Positions 1 to 11,542 of a DNA stretch of 28,871 nt are shown here, piece by piece. Below the pieces are notes generated by a model. It was not told the DNA's origin. It saw only the letters and a list, made by a program, of their open reading frames with translations, and searched no databases. The position numbers and the translations under genes are program-made. Position 1 is the first letter of the stretch; every line of letters begins with the position of its first letter. The stretch comes from Trichoplax adhaerens (taxonomy: Eukaryota > Animalia > Placozoa). The stretch covers positions 24,672 to 53,542 of the forward strand of contig NW_002060983.1 of NCBI RefSeq assembly GCF_000150275.1, read 5' to 3'.

Positions 1-271
1 GATTCAGAATCTTCAGTTATTGAATTATTTGACTATGTCAAGAGAACAGGAACGTAAGTTGAATATATATCAGGATTGCTAATATAATTATATTAGTTAT
101 TTGAATAAAAACGTCAGTATAATGGTAAAATTAAGTTATAACATAAAATTTATATAAATAATGTTTCATATTAATATTGTATTACATAAAATATGCTACA
201 CAATTAAATTACCGCTATTTAAGGGACTAACTTATTGCTATTAAAAGTAAAAGTTTAAACCATGAAGCTGT

Positions 272-713
272 TGTCACCGTACGAACTACCGTGAAGAAAT
301 AGCTATCTAAATTAGGTTAATATAATATAGTGATATTATATTACAATTAGTTAATTACAATAGGAATTACTCTAATTATAAATGTGTTACAGTAAATTTA
401 TTGCTGTGCTGTAATGTGTACTGAAATGATTCTGTGAATGGACATATTGTAGTCCGACTGTGAAAATCTAGTAAGTAGATGTTCTCACCCAAGTATTTTT
501 ATAAGATGACTTGTGAATGTTAGCTGCTGTAGAAGGGTATATAAACCCGTCAGATAGTTGAATAAAGCAGTTCTCAATTGTCTAGTGGAGTTTAACGTAG
601 AATCAAAGGCGTCTAAATTTTTGTGAGGTAGATAAAGGATATTGAATCCCGGAGACTATAGTAATTTAGAGATTTGTTTTACGTTATCCTTGTCACGAAG
701 CTGGTTTGTGACA
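272..713 (+). mobile_element. Solo-LTR-like element, family A, copy A1 (442 bp)
   Basis: TGTCAC...GTGACA termini; perfect 5-bp TSD GCTGT (267-271 and 714-718); TATATAAA at 538-545 then AATAAA at 561-566; full-length inverted homolog at 2555-2997. Confidence 0.9.
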
Positions 714-746
714 GCTGTATAAATAATAAATAAGAATAGAAGCTAT

Positions 747-1830
747 TCATTTTGTAATACGTGCATCGTGAAGTGGAATGTTCGGTACTAAGTTATCACA
801 GCGAAGTTTTTCCAACAACAATACAAACGAAACTTTAAAAGTTATATTTCCGAAGCTATATAGTATTGATTAACGGCTGTAGAAGTTAGCGTTAAAATCC
901 AGACACATTGATAAAAATGCCAAAAGTCGTTATGAGGTAGTCAACGTAATCTAGCTTACCACATCTTCCTTTCAATAGAATTAGGAAACATATTATAAAA
1001 GGAAAACAATATTAGATAGATAAAATAGTCTCTATGAATGAAGCAAATGTTCCCTTATTTCTGCTTCTAATAATTTCTTCCATCTGTAGCCTATAATGCG
1101 AAAGATCATTAGGCAACTTGGATTTATATAGTTTAATTGCAATACTAAAGTAACAGATGACTATAAATATCTTTATTAAGATAACAAAAGCATATAAAGA
1201 TACAGCTGCAACAATATAAATCTTATTTACTCGTTGTTGACATGTATAGAAAGCATTGCTAATAGATCCTTCGTAATAAACGGATTCTAATATCCCTATG
1301 ATGTATGCTGTAATCCATAGTATTATACGGTTATGACTCCCTTCTTACTAGAAGTAGATGCTTGAAACGGATAACATACCGCTCTACGTCGTTCAATACC
1401 TATGACTGCAAGCGTTAGCATAAATGAAATTAAAGTAGTTGAAATTAGAAATAGACGAGACTTACATATAACGTATTTGCGGATAGGTCTGAATCTTGAA
1501 TCAAATTATTTTGCAATATTAGCATTTATAGAATGCAACTGCTTCAAATAATCATGAAATTCACGATATCTGATATCATTAGAACTGTAATATCAATAGT
1601 ACCTGCTGCATATTTCGATCAGAAATAGCTATCCAGCTGTCGAGTAGACCAATATAATGAAGATAAACCCTACGGAGGCCAGCGTTACGGCTAAAATTCC
1701 TTCGAAATAAGCCAAAAGTTGAAAGAAATCGAAATTCAAGCTATTTCTTGAATTTTTTATTCTCGATATTAACGCTAAGATACAAGAATCGATCAATAAT
1801 AAAAAAATTTTTTATCTGGAATTCACCCAA
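747..1830 (-). pseudogene. Rhodopsin-class GPCR pseudogene, distant paralog of the 6440 gene
   Basis: Manual translation gives TM3 ICKSRLFLISTTLISFMLTLAVIGIERRRAVCYPF, TM4 IILWITAYIIG, ICL3 ...IIRSRNKG (RNKG shared with the 6440 gene) and TM7 TAVN/ILYSFGN with a 1-nt frameshift in the NPILY proline codon. Several stops and frameshifts. 5' limit approximate. Confidence 0.85.
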
Positions 1831-2410
1831 TGGTTATTTACAGTCAATGTCCTTTGAGTGAATTCCAATTACAGAATATGAAAAATAGCTTGAAAGTGGA
1901 TAATTAATATTTTTTATGCTTAGCAATCCAGAAGGCTTTCATGGCTGGTTGGTTGGTGTAATAGTTACATTTCTCAACAGATTTTTTCGCAATTAAGATT
2001 TGCAGGTGATAAAAATGTTATTATTGTAATTTTTAAGTACGACGTAAATTATTGTATAACGAGGGTGAGTTTATATAAAATCATTACATTGTTAGTAATC
2101 GTATTTGTAGAAGTTGGAATTAGTGTCTTACGTCCGAAGTAATGATATGCAAATAAACGGTGATATTAAAGTTCTAAGATTTACACATTACGTGCTAGGA
2201 GTAAAGGATTGTGTAAATAATAAGTCTAGATTTCAGAAAGGAAGAGAAGTATAAAATTTAAAAAATTTATTCCAATTTTTAAATAAGTGGAAATAAATTC
2301 TAATGCCAATGATATTTGTTTCTGCTTTTGTTATTAACACTCTCTTTTGTACTTGAGATGTATCGAAATATAAAGAATTTTTATCGATTAATATTTAGCC
2401 TAATGCCATT

Positions 2411-3626
2411 CTACAAGTTTACTAATATTGTCTTGTAGCTAATTCGATGTGCTCGTATTCGATTTACTTCGGAAGCTAAATTCTTTTTCTATTTTGCTAG
2501 TATTAATATTTCTATAACTTTAAATTTACTGCTTAATAAATTACGCAGGATCAGTGTCACAAACCAGCTCCGTGACAAAGATAACGTAAAACAAATCTTT
2601 AAATCTCTATAGTCTTCGGGATTCAGTATCCCTTAACCACCTTACTAGAATTTAGACGCCATTGATTCTACGTTAAACTCAACTAGATAATTTCAGAACT
2701 ACTTTATTCAACTGTCTGACGGGCTTGTATACCCTTCTACAGCAGCTAACATTAATGAGTCATCTTATAAAAATACTTAGGTGAGAACATCTACTAACTA
2801 GTTTTTCACAGTCGGACGACAATATGTCCATTCACTGAATCATTTTAGTGCACATTACAGCACAGAATTAAATTTACTGTAACACATTTATAATTAGAGT
2901 AATTCCTATTATAAGTTACTAGTTGTAATATAATATCACTATATTATATTAACCAAATTTAGATAGCTATTTCTTCACGATAGTTTGTACCGTGACAATC
3001 AGATTAATCGCGCATGCAATTAATATTGCAGTTTCAGAAATTAGGTAAATGCTCCAAAGTGCAGATGATAATTGCTAATGAAATCTGTTGTCAATTAGTA
3101 AACTCCTAGTAATTACAATATTTTCTACGTTAGAAATCGAAGATGATGCAATAGACAAGGCTGTCATGATTAGCATGGCAATGATTCACTTATTTCGTTA
3201 TCGTATTCTTTGTTCTGGTATTTGCTGATACTTTGAATTGTGTATAAGTAGTGTATCATGCTTATTATATTCTTGATTGTAGCTGTATATGAAATGAAGA
3301 TGATATTTAGAGGGATAATAACTGCTAAAATGGCTAAGAATAGCAAAGCTATAAACATCCCAGAATGATCACTTGCAATAATGTATCGTTCGGCTAGGAT
3401 GTTCGCTAACCAGTTCGTAAAAATACCCTGTAACTATACCGATACCAATTGAAGCTAGATATTATGATGAATGATGAAGGTAGTTTTAATGTACTTGAAA
3501 ATAGTCCCGATAAGACAAATAAGCAGAATATTACTCCAAATATGTCCAAAGAGTAAGTACTACGCGTGGAAACATATAAATTTGATCAACTTCTTCTAAA
3601 TGATAGCTAGTATTGGATTCATTCCA
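2411..3626 (-). pseudogene. GPCR pseudogene, close paralog of the 6440 gene, interrupted by element A2
   Basis: Fragments NESNTSY...(N-terminus), GVIFCLFV (TM1), SIGIGIVTGYFYEL (TM4), AVIIPLNIIFISY (TM5, ORF 3170-3358) and SIASSS...LLIDN...LIACAIN|LILRN...NRIR align in order with the 6440 protein. TM2-TM3 appear deleted; several stops. Confidence 0.88.
2555..2997 (-). mobile_element. Solo-LTR-like element, family A, copy A2 (443 bp)
   Basis: Reverse complement of 272-713 (roughly 90% identical by eye); TGTCAC...GTGACA termini; perfect TSD ATCAG (2550-2554 and 2998-3002). Confidence 0.9.
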
Positions 3627-4279
3627 AATTAATTTCTGTATCTTAAACGATTAACTTGGATCGCTCTAGAAACCAATTAATGTTATTGAGAAATGCATTA
3701 CATCTAAAAAGCAAATAAAATCATGTCCTAAAATTTATAACAAATTACAATGTAATGAAATTGAATGTCTATAAAGCTAACTGGTACTTTCTCTCTTGCA
3801 ATACCGCAAAATAATCTTATGTCGCAAGGTAACTAAGTGCAATAATCAAGTAACGGTCTCCTGCTATTACTTTTGATTCGCATACAAAGCCCAAATTTGA
3901 GTTAACAGAAATTGCATAATTTCCTAATGTGACACATGAAGGTCAACACCAACATTATAAAACTGAATAATAACGTCTTAAAACAAAACCTGTTCTACTA
4001 ACTGTAATTAAAAAGTAGTTAACAATAGAAATTTTAGAATTATAAATTTTATTACTGGTTCTCTATCGATTGAGATACTACGTAAAAAATAGTACAACAA
4101 GCTCAGACTGACAACAAAAATTTTCTACAACATCATACCTTAGAAAAGAAAGACTAAGAACAACAATGACAGAAAAGTGTAGTCGCTTAAATACGTTATC
4201 TAAGTTGTTTACAACATGATAATTGCTAAAAACATAATTCAACACTTGCAGGTCTTACACGTTTATTGATAGGTTTGTT

Positions 4280-4875
4280 TGTCGAGAAGATTTCCAATTT
4301 CTTCTCGTCATAAGGACAGTCGAAAACGACTAAGACTAACCGGATAATGCCGCTTAGAAAAATTCGCCCTCAATTTATTTCTATGCAAATTTTTACTAAT
4401 AAACGCTTTCATTCAACAGCAGATAAACTAATTCAAGACTGTAAAGCTTGATTTAACAGCCGGCTAAGGTAAAGCGAATAATAATACTTTAACTCTTATA
4501 TGGAAGACAGTCTACACAAACCTAAGTTTGGCCATGAGCTCCGGCCTTAACTGGGAACCTAACTCTTACACTAGAAACAGAGCAAGTTCGACACATTTTC
4601 CTGTGAGCCTACCTACTGTACTACTACAATTAGGTGAAATCATTACATTAAGATACATGTATTCAGGTTAAGAATACAGTCTTAATCGGGCAGCAAATAA
4701 TAGCAAGCCTAGAGATAGAATAAATGAAAACTGTAACAAAGTACTGATTAAGATTAACATCGCATTAGAGTACATGATACTAATTTAAAGTAATTATACA
4801 TTCTTTCTAGTAGAATTATTAAGTTATTACATTCTAGAGCCATCGTATTAAACTTTAGCGTTGGATTTCTTGACA
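4280..4875 (-). mobile_element. Probable solo-LTR-like element, family F
   Basis: Termini TGTCGAGAA...TTCTTGACA (8/9 inverted match); terminal hairpin CGAGAAGA-N9-TCTTCTCG; minus-strand CATATAAG (~4500) and AATAAA (~4375). No TSD found, so the right boundary is uncertain. Confidence 0.5.
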
Positions 4876-5824
4876 GCGATTAATTAAAATACTTTATTGA
4901 TTTCTGCAAGCATAGCTGTACAAAGTTACATAATTTATTTTACCTATCATAGCTTATAATTGTATTTGCTACTAAAAGCGGTATTGATTTCTTGATATAC
5001 GAATATTATTTCTCTTTATAGGCCTGTTTTCTGAATCATATACGGTGAAATAATACCGACTGTATAAGAAATCTTATTTTGATGGCTATTGTTGATTTAT
5101 TTGAAAATGCGTTTGAAGTATACTAGTCCAAACTCCCATTCGCTTTGCTGATGGTTGACGATAATGTACCCATTTGTTAATAATTAACAGATAGTATTAC
5201 CATTCGACATTATATATATCCTGGTAATAGCTGGGTACTAATATATTTAAAATAGATTACATATAATGTAGTTTTAGAAGTTTTTCCAACGAATAATCAT
5301 AGGATAGTGATGAATACAATTCAAAGATTTGAAACAAGTGCTTAGCTACTGACAACAAAGATTGTAAACTGCCTAATATTATTGAGTAGCGAATCAAAGC
5401 AAAAACAAGATCGACATATGTCTTATTATCTTAAGATTTATAAAATCGCTGTTTGTGAAAATTTTATGGGCAGATCGCAAAGAGTATTAAGATTACTAGA
5501 CCTCAGTTTTCAGCTGTATTTTCAACATTATAAAATTAGGAAACTTTAAAACCTCATTGTTATTTCTAAACTTTGCAAAGGAAGAAGTAAAAGGATCATA
5601 GATGGACTTCCCGTGAAATTATTTTGAACCTTTAAATTAGCGATTAAATTAATCTACTTAAACCGATTTTGAAAAAACTCCATTTATTGTAATGTAACTT
5701 ACAGTATTTTTGTAATTGCTAATTAAATATTATTACTCATTTGTAACATATCAATGAATCATGGTATGATTATGGTAGCCGGCATTTTAGGAAAAGCAAG
5801 AGTTTACTGAGCTATTTTATATCC

Positions 5825-6376
5825 TGTAATGTAACTTAGTATTGTGATTGTAGACTGTTATCCATGTTTAGTATAATGTACTGTAGATATTTATCCTAAG
5901 AGATATTTGGTAGCCATAACTATAGACTGTAGTGGTATAGACTCTATGCTAGAGTATAGATGACTTTATATCGTAAGGTGTTGACTTACTAATAAGGCTA
6001 TAGATAAAACTAGAACTGTAAACCATATATTAGGATATAATTAATTCATTGTACTTTGGCTGGTGTGAATAATGTCTACATAAATACTGTAGTCGTATCC
6101 ATATCGGATTAATGATTGTCCGCAGTAGAATAGTCTTACTAAGAATAATTTAACTATATGTAAAATAAAGTAAAAGGTTGCCGTGCGGATTGTAACTGCG
6201 AATGCTACGAAAAGTATAAAAGCATGCAACTTTAGATTATTCAGTTAGTTCGTTGTAGAAGTCTTTGGTAGTAGTATTGGGCTAGAGTAGAGCTGTGTGT
6301 AGTTAATCTTTGTATAAGATACAATAAAGCCCTTATTTTTCTAAAATTTGGAATTTCGTGATTGGTATATATCACA
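5825..6376 (+). mobile_element. Solo-LTR-like element, family B, copy B1 (552 bp)
   Basis: TGTAATG...ATCACA termini; TSD TATCC/CATCC (one mismatch); TATAAAA at 6215-6221 and AATAAA at 6323-6328; homologs at 16966, 18140 and 21342. Confidence 0.88.
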
Positions 6377-6439
6377 CATCCAAACTTTGATAGCGTCACA
6401 GTTTTAAGATTGATCGACAGATACAAGTTATATGTTACC

Positions 6440-7396
6440 TTAGTTACCATTCGAATAAAACATTAATCTGATTCTATTTCCAGTACCAGTTTTAACGTTC
6501 CATTTTTGTAATAATGATCTTACTGCACTTTTGAAGTTAGTGCTGGCAAAATTATACAACATTGGATTTATTACGCATGGCAGTAACATTATAGTTCCTG
6601 AAATTTGGAAAAAGGTCCAAAATGCTGGCGTTAGTTTCGAATAGAATTCGTTGTCAATTAGAAGACCTGTAGCTAGAGTACCAAGAGTAATAATAAAAAT
6701 TGACGATGATGCTGTTGACAAGACTGTTATGCCTTTATTTCTTTGTCGTAGTCTCGATTTCTGTCTTCTTTGATACTCCGAATTATCCATTGGTGGCTTA
6801 ACTGTTAGTATTTTCTTAATTATTATTGAGTATGAAATACTTATGATCAGAAGGGGAATAATATACCCAAAAATTGCAAAGATAAGCACTATTATTAAAG
6901 CAATAGTATGGTTATTTGTAATTGAACATCGATAAGGATATGAAGCAGACAATTCGTGAAAATTTGCTATTAAAATGCCGATACCAATCGATATAAGCCA
7001 AAAAATTGTAATAATTACATTGGTTTTTACTTTATGTAATGGTAAGGCTAGAGGATGAATTATTGCGCGATATCGATCGATACTTATTGCAGCCAAAATA
7101 AGGTTTGAATTCGTTATCGTTAAAGAAACTAGCGCCAAATTAGTTTTACATAAGATCGTGCCTGCTAGTCTGGATAGCCGGAAAATTACTTCTCTATTAG
7201 TTATGGTTAAAGCGTTTAAAATATATGACACTGCTATACTTAAAGAAGCTAAGAGATCATTCAATGATAAGTTCGCAATCAATTTATCGAGAGACTGATG
7301 CGAATGATTAGAGTAAAACAGTACTAAGCAGACGAATAAATTTAATATAGCGCCAACCAAACCAATCGCCACAACAAATACATTTTGAGCTAGCAT
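6440..7396 (-). CDS. Intronless class A (rhodopsin-like) GPCR, N-terminally truncated and possibly a young pseudogene
   Basis: 7TM pattern: GAILN (TM1), NLSLNDLL (TM2), LCK...ISIDRYRAIIHP (TM3), TM4 Trp, ECL2 Cys, YIIPL...SY (TM5), INPMLY (TM7). First in-frame ATG is at 7396; the ORF track start at 7417 is TTG. Confidence 0.85.
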   Translation of the reverse strand: MLAQNVFVVAIGLVGAILNLFVCLVLFYSNHSHQSLDKLIANLSLNDLLASLSIAVSYILNALTITNREVIFRLSRLAGTILCKTNLALVSLTITNSNLILAAISIDRYRAIIHPLALPLHKVKTNVIITIFWLISIGIGILIANFHELSASYPYRCSITNNHTIALIIVLIFAIFGYIIPLLIISISYSIIIKKILTVKPPMDNSEYQRRQKSRLRQRNKGITVLSTASSSIFIITLGTLATGLLIDNEFYSKLTPAFWTFFQISGTIMLLPCVINPMLYNFASTNFKSAVRSLLQKWNVKTGTGNRIRLMFYSNGN

Positions 7397-7400
7397 TTTT

Positions 7401-7445
7401 TTAATCTTCCTTGTCAACGATATAACTTCTGTTGGAAGAATTCAT
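7401..7445 (-). other. Out-of-frame ancestral N-terminus (now an upstream ORF) of the GPCR: MNSSNRSYIVDKED*
   Basis: ATG with A at -3; two N-glycosylation sequons; aligns with NESNTSYHLEEVD of the 2411-3626 paralog, where it is in frame with the following Met. Confidence 0.75.
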
Positions 7446-9235
7446 GATTGTTTGTAATTATTATCGCAAGGAAATTAAATCGATTTCACACTTAAGTTTT
7501 GTTATGCTATACCTTAATCCTGGAAAAATGATGACGTACAAATTACAATCATAAACTTAAAATATTAAATAAAGCAGGATTTTATGAAGCAATTGATAAT
7601 TTACTGACACTCTTTTAAAACAATTATAGTCACAATAAAGTAAAAACAAAATAATGCACTTTGCTGTAGATTTAACTTTGTAGCCGATAGTTAAAAATAT
7701 AAATGTAATATTGTCAATTAAAGCTAGCAAGTAACATTAATTTTCAATAAAAAATTAATGGCGATTTCAGAAAATCTACTAATAATTATTTGATATCGGT
7801 TCTTAAAATATTCTTGTATGGTTTAAATTTTTAGATATAAATACCAATAACTTCATAAAGCAAAAAGAATCTAAGCCATTTTTACTCTTTAGCAGGCAAA
7901 CATCTTTTTTATTTATCATAGCTCATTAATGCTTCTGTGACAGCTGGCAATTTAGATAATTATAAAACTTTTGTTGCAGATTCTTAATACAAATTGCTAA
8001 CAAAGCGGAGAATGATTCATCATCAAATATATCAATATTTAAATATTAGGTAAGCTATCAACATATGGCCCATTATGCCATAATTTAAGGTCTTATTGCA
8101 CTGATACACTTATTTAGCTAACGAGGCTTACCAAATAGTAACTAACATGTTTTAGAGTAAGACCTATATTTTACTTTTCCTATTAGCTATAACACACTAC
8201 AATTTGCAATTGCCTATTCTTATTGCTTTCTATAACCTCTAGATAAAAATACTCTGTTTTGCATTAATTTAATTTTAAATTTTGTATTGCTACGAAATTT
8301 AAAACATGTATAAGTACCTTAATTTTACATATTATGTGCTTTTATTAGATTGGTTTACAGTTTAGTCGCTTGATCCATTTGGGTAATAATACAGACTAAA
8401 TTGATTCAAACAGCTATAGGCCTTCGTTTTTTATTCATGAGTAGGAAGTAAAGTACTGTAATTTCCAAACGTAAATAGATATCATGAAATTTTATAATTC
8501 TTGCATGTCAATATTGTTCAATCAAAAATGTTGCTATACTTTCTGTCCGAATTAAAATTCCTGGATTTTAAATGAAAACTGCATGGATAAAATTAATATA
8601 AGCAAGGTTAATATATTTTATTTTATCATTTCCTATTTTAAAGTAAAGCTTTGAAATAAATTTCTTCGATGGACGAAAGAGAATCTTAACTAGTAACAGT
8701 ATTGTTTATTCTTTGCTTGTTCTTTTAGCTGCATAATTCCGATTTGATTTTCAAAACTTATCTTATACTTTACCATATGAATATTACATTAGGATATTAG
8801 CTGCACTGTAGTTGTAAACTGTAGCTCAACCAAATCCACTTGGTTAATTAGTACAGAATTGATGCTCCCTGTTAATCGGATTTTTAAATTTTTAATGATA
8901 ATGACAGTGATGAAGAACTTTGTAAATTGCGTTGTAGCTAAATAGACGTTATCGAATGAAATAAAGAAAAGCAATAAAATCCGTATTTGATTGAATTTAA
9001 TTAAAGTCATTTTACTAGGTCAAAATAGCTACATTTTTGCCAACTAGCATCTATTAACATATCTCAGGTACCATCTAAAAAGAGTTTTTTGTCCTAATTA
9101 CGTCGTAATTTGAAACTATTGAATACTTTAAAACAAATTAAACTGTCTAAGTATATTTTAAAAATCTATTTACGGCTTTATTATGCTATTAACAGATAAA
9201 AATTAGCATGCTAATTGAATTTTATAATGTGTTCA

Positions 9236-9730
9236 TGTCACGGAACGATTTACCATGAAGAATTGAATGACTAAATTTAGCGAAATTTCATTTATATATG
9301 GTGATTACTATCACTTACTTACAGTAGCAATTACGGAAGTTTACAGTGAATCATATGTTTTACTTTAGTGCAATTATCATAAAGTAATTGAATACAGTAC
9401 AAGCTCTTGTGACTACAATTATAGCTAATATTAAATTGTCGTTGTATTGGGATGGCGGTCGGAATGGACATGGCTCAGTCTAACTGTGTAATATCAGTCA
9501 GTAAATGTCTATATCTTTAATTAGTTGTAAAATGATTCACCGATATTAGCTGCTGCCGAAAAGTATTTAATTAAGCTCAATAAACCATTAAATAAAGTTC
9601 TCTAGCTTTGCAAAGTAAAAGCAAAAGTATATAAATTCTTATGAATCGTTAAGGAATACTAAATCTCGAAAAATTTAGAAGTTCAGACACTTATTTTATA
9701 TATGCCTTGTCACAAAGCTGGTTTAAGTCC
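9236..9730 (+). mobile_element. Old diverged family A copy (A3)
   Basis: 5' end TGTCACGGAACGATTTACCATGAAGAA, internal TTAGCTGCTG...AATAAA and 3' CCTTGTCACAAAGCTGGTTT match A1 collinearly; the last bases and TSD are eroded. Confidence 0.7.
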
Positions 9731-9809
9731 CATACAAAGTCATAGCATTAAATTTAACGTCACAAAATTGTGTAGGATTGGATTAGTTTTACTCTTTAAT
9801 ACGTACATG

Positions 9810-10400
9810 TTACAGTATTATACACTGTAATGTCGAGATTGTAGTAGAAATATCTACTGTATGTTACGATAACTTTGTTGGCTTACCCTTATTAAATGAG
9901 ATTCTAATTTAGATATGTGATATTTAAATATAGTACTAGCTTCTATAGCAATGATGCTTATATGCATACAGCATACTGGAATTAATAGTTGAATTTAGGG
10001 AATCTAGAATAATCTTCTTACAATTCAAATCACTGTGATTATAAACTTACTTATGTTAGATTAAAAATCATCATGTAACTGTTCCGTGATAGAATATATT
10101 GTAATCTGACTATTTTTCATTAGTCATTAGATATCTATGTTCGTAAATAATGCAGCCTTTATTAGGTAGTAGTAGATAAGATTTGCTTTTGATTCATTAA
10201 AATACTTAAACTTTAATATTACTGACTAGGATGTCTGAATATTTCACAAGTGCATAAGAATGCGGTTTATCGTATAATAAAAGTGAGTTCTTAAGATTAG
10301 TCTTTAACGTAATTTACGATGCGTCTAATTCTTTGTGTAGTCTACTGGTAAAGGAAAAGTCTTTCCGATTGAGTAAATGTTGCTCCCTGATACGCAGTTC
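9810..10400 (-). repeat. Old inverted paralog of ~13935-15710 that lacks the C1 and E insertions
   Basis: Reverse complement matches collinear blocks such as GTATCAGGGAGCAA, TTAAGAACTC, GACATCCTAGT, AATGAATCAAAAG, AAGAAGATTATTC and CTATATTTAAATATCA. Confidence 0.8.
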
Positions 10401-10739
10401 ATGGAATTGACTTATTAAGCGTTCTCACGGCACTTTACCACCGTAAGGTAGTTCCTTGCACCAATGAAATATGATCATTAATTGTTAATTGAATTTGGAA
10501 TATCAACTTTAGATGCAAATGCACTATTGCACTTCGGGTAGTTTATGAATTCAGTTTTGTATTAAGTAATCTAACTGGTAATTACTTGCAACTATGAAAA
10601 TTGTGCAGAACTTCAAGGCTTTAATTGCTTCTTAATTTTTTATTCTTATTATTGTTATTTACCAATCTTGCCTACACTGAGTCCTGATATTGATTGTAAG
10701 CTTATACTAAATGTAGAAAATGATTAGAGCTCAGATTAC

Positions 10740-10850
10740 TGGAATGCTCCAGCTGCCGCTCCCAGAGAGTATAAAAGGAGCGAGCTCACAACGGCTGGTT
10801 GTTCCTAAATTCAGTGTCATAAAGGCTCGTCGAGCGAGATAATAAACGTT
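10740..10850 (+). promoter_or_regulatory. LTR-like promoter and polyadenylation module; element boundaries unresolved
   Basis: Locally GC-richer patch with TATAAAAGG at 10770 and AATAAA at 10841-10846, the same layout as the other elements; no termini or TSD identified. Confidence 0.35.
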
Positions 10851-11542
10851 TTAATTGAATACTTTTCGATTAATTGATTACCTATACGTACTCCGAATGC
10901 ATTAGGATATTAGTCACTAGAAATATAAACCGTCCGCAAAGAGGAAAATTTCTGAAAATCGTTTATTACCGTATGTTGTTACTGCGCTGTTTAGTAAAAG
11001 TGTAGTATTAACGGTGTGAATATGCAAAAAAAGCTTCGAAATCTTGAAGATAAATTAATATCACAATTAATCGTTCTGTGAATAGTTATTAATTATATCG
11101 TAAACAGTTATAAGTAGTCATGGTGTTATCAATAAAAATCTATATAGTATATGCGTTCAAGTAGTAGATTTACTTGGCTTTTTAAAACTATTCTGAAGTT
11201 ATTTAGTTATTGGCATTTTCTTTATAATTATGGAGCATGAAAAGTACAATAATGGAAGGAATAATAAGTGCAATCAAGGCCAAGACTATGAAAGTGGTAA
11301 TGGAGTTAATTGATTATTTGTAATAGTATATCAATAAGGTTTAAACGAGGTTCCTTATGAAATTTTCTCTTTCTGGGCCACAGCGCTCGAAAGGAATCAA
11401 TGAATCATATTGATAATATAAGCCGTTATTTTGCTATTTGGAGGAGCTAGAAGATAAGCACTGTAATAGTAGTGTTTACTATGATTGCTATCACAATTAA
11501 ATTTGATTTTTTATGATTAAGGGCTCTAAAGCCCTTCAAAGT

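Noticed and set aside
272-2997. A1 and A2 as long terminal inverted repeats of one composite transposon carrying a GPCR pseudogene
   Set aside because: Each copy has its own perfect TSD (GCTGT and ATCAG), so they are independent insertions.
6241-6450. 69-aa minus-strand ORF
   Set aside because: It spans the GPCR stop region and the end of B1 and has no recognisable motif.
8789-9010. 73-aa ORF
   Set aside because: AT-rich chance ORF with no motif; the same applies to the ORFs at 12522, 16161, 18584 and 20937.
9708-10091. A separate TGTCAC...GTGATA element
   Set aside because: The TGTCAC at 9708 is the inner arm of the A3 3' hairpin, and there is no TSD.
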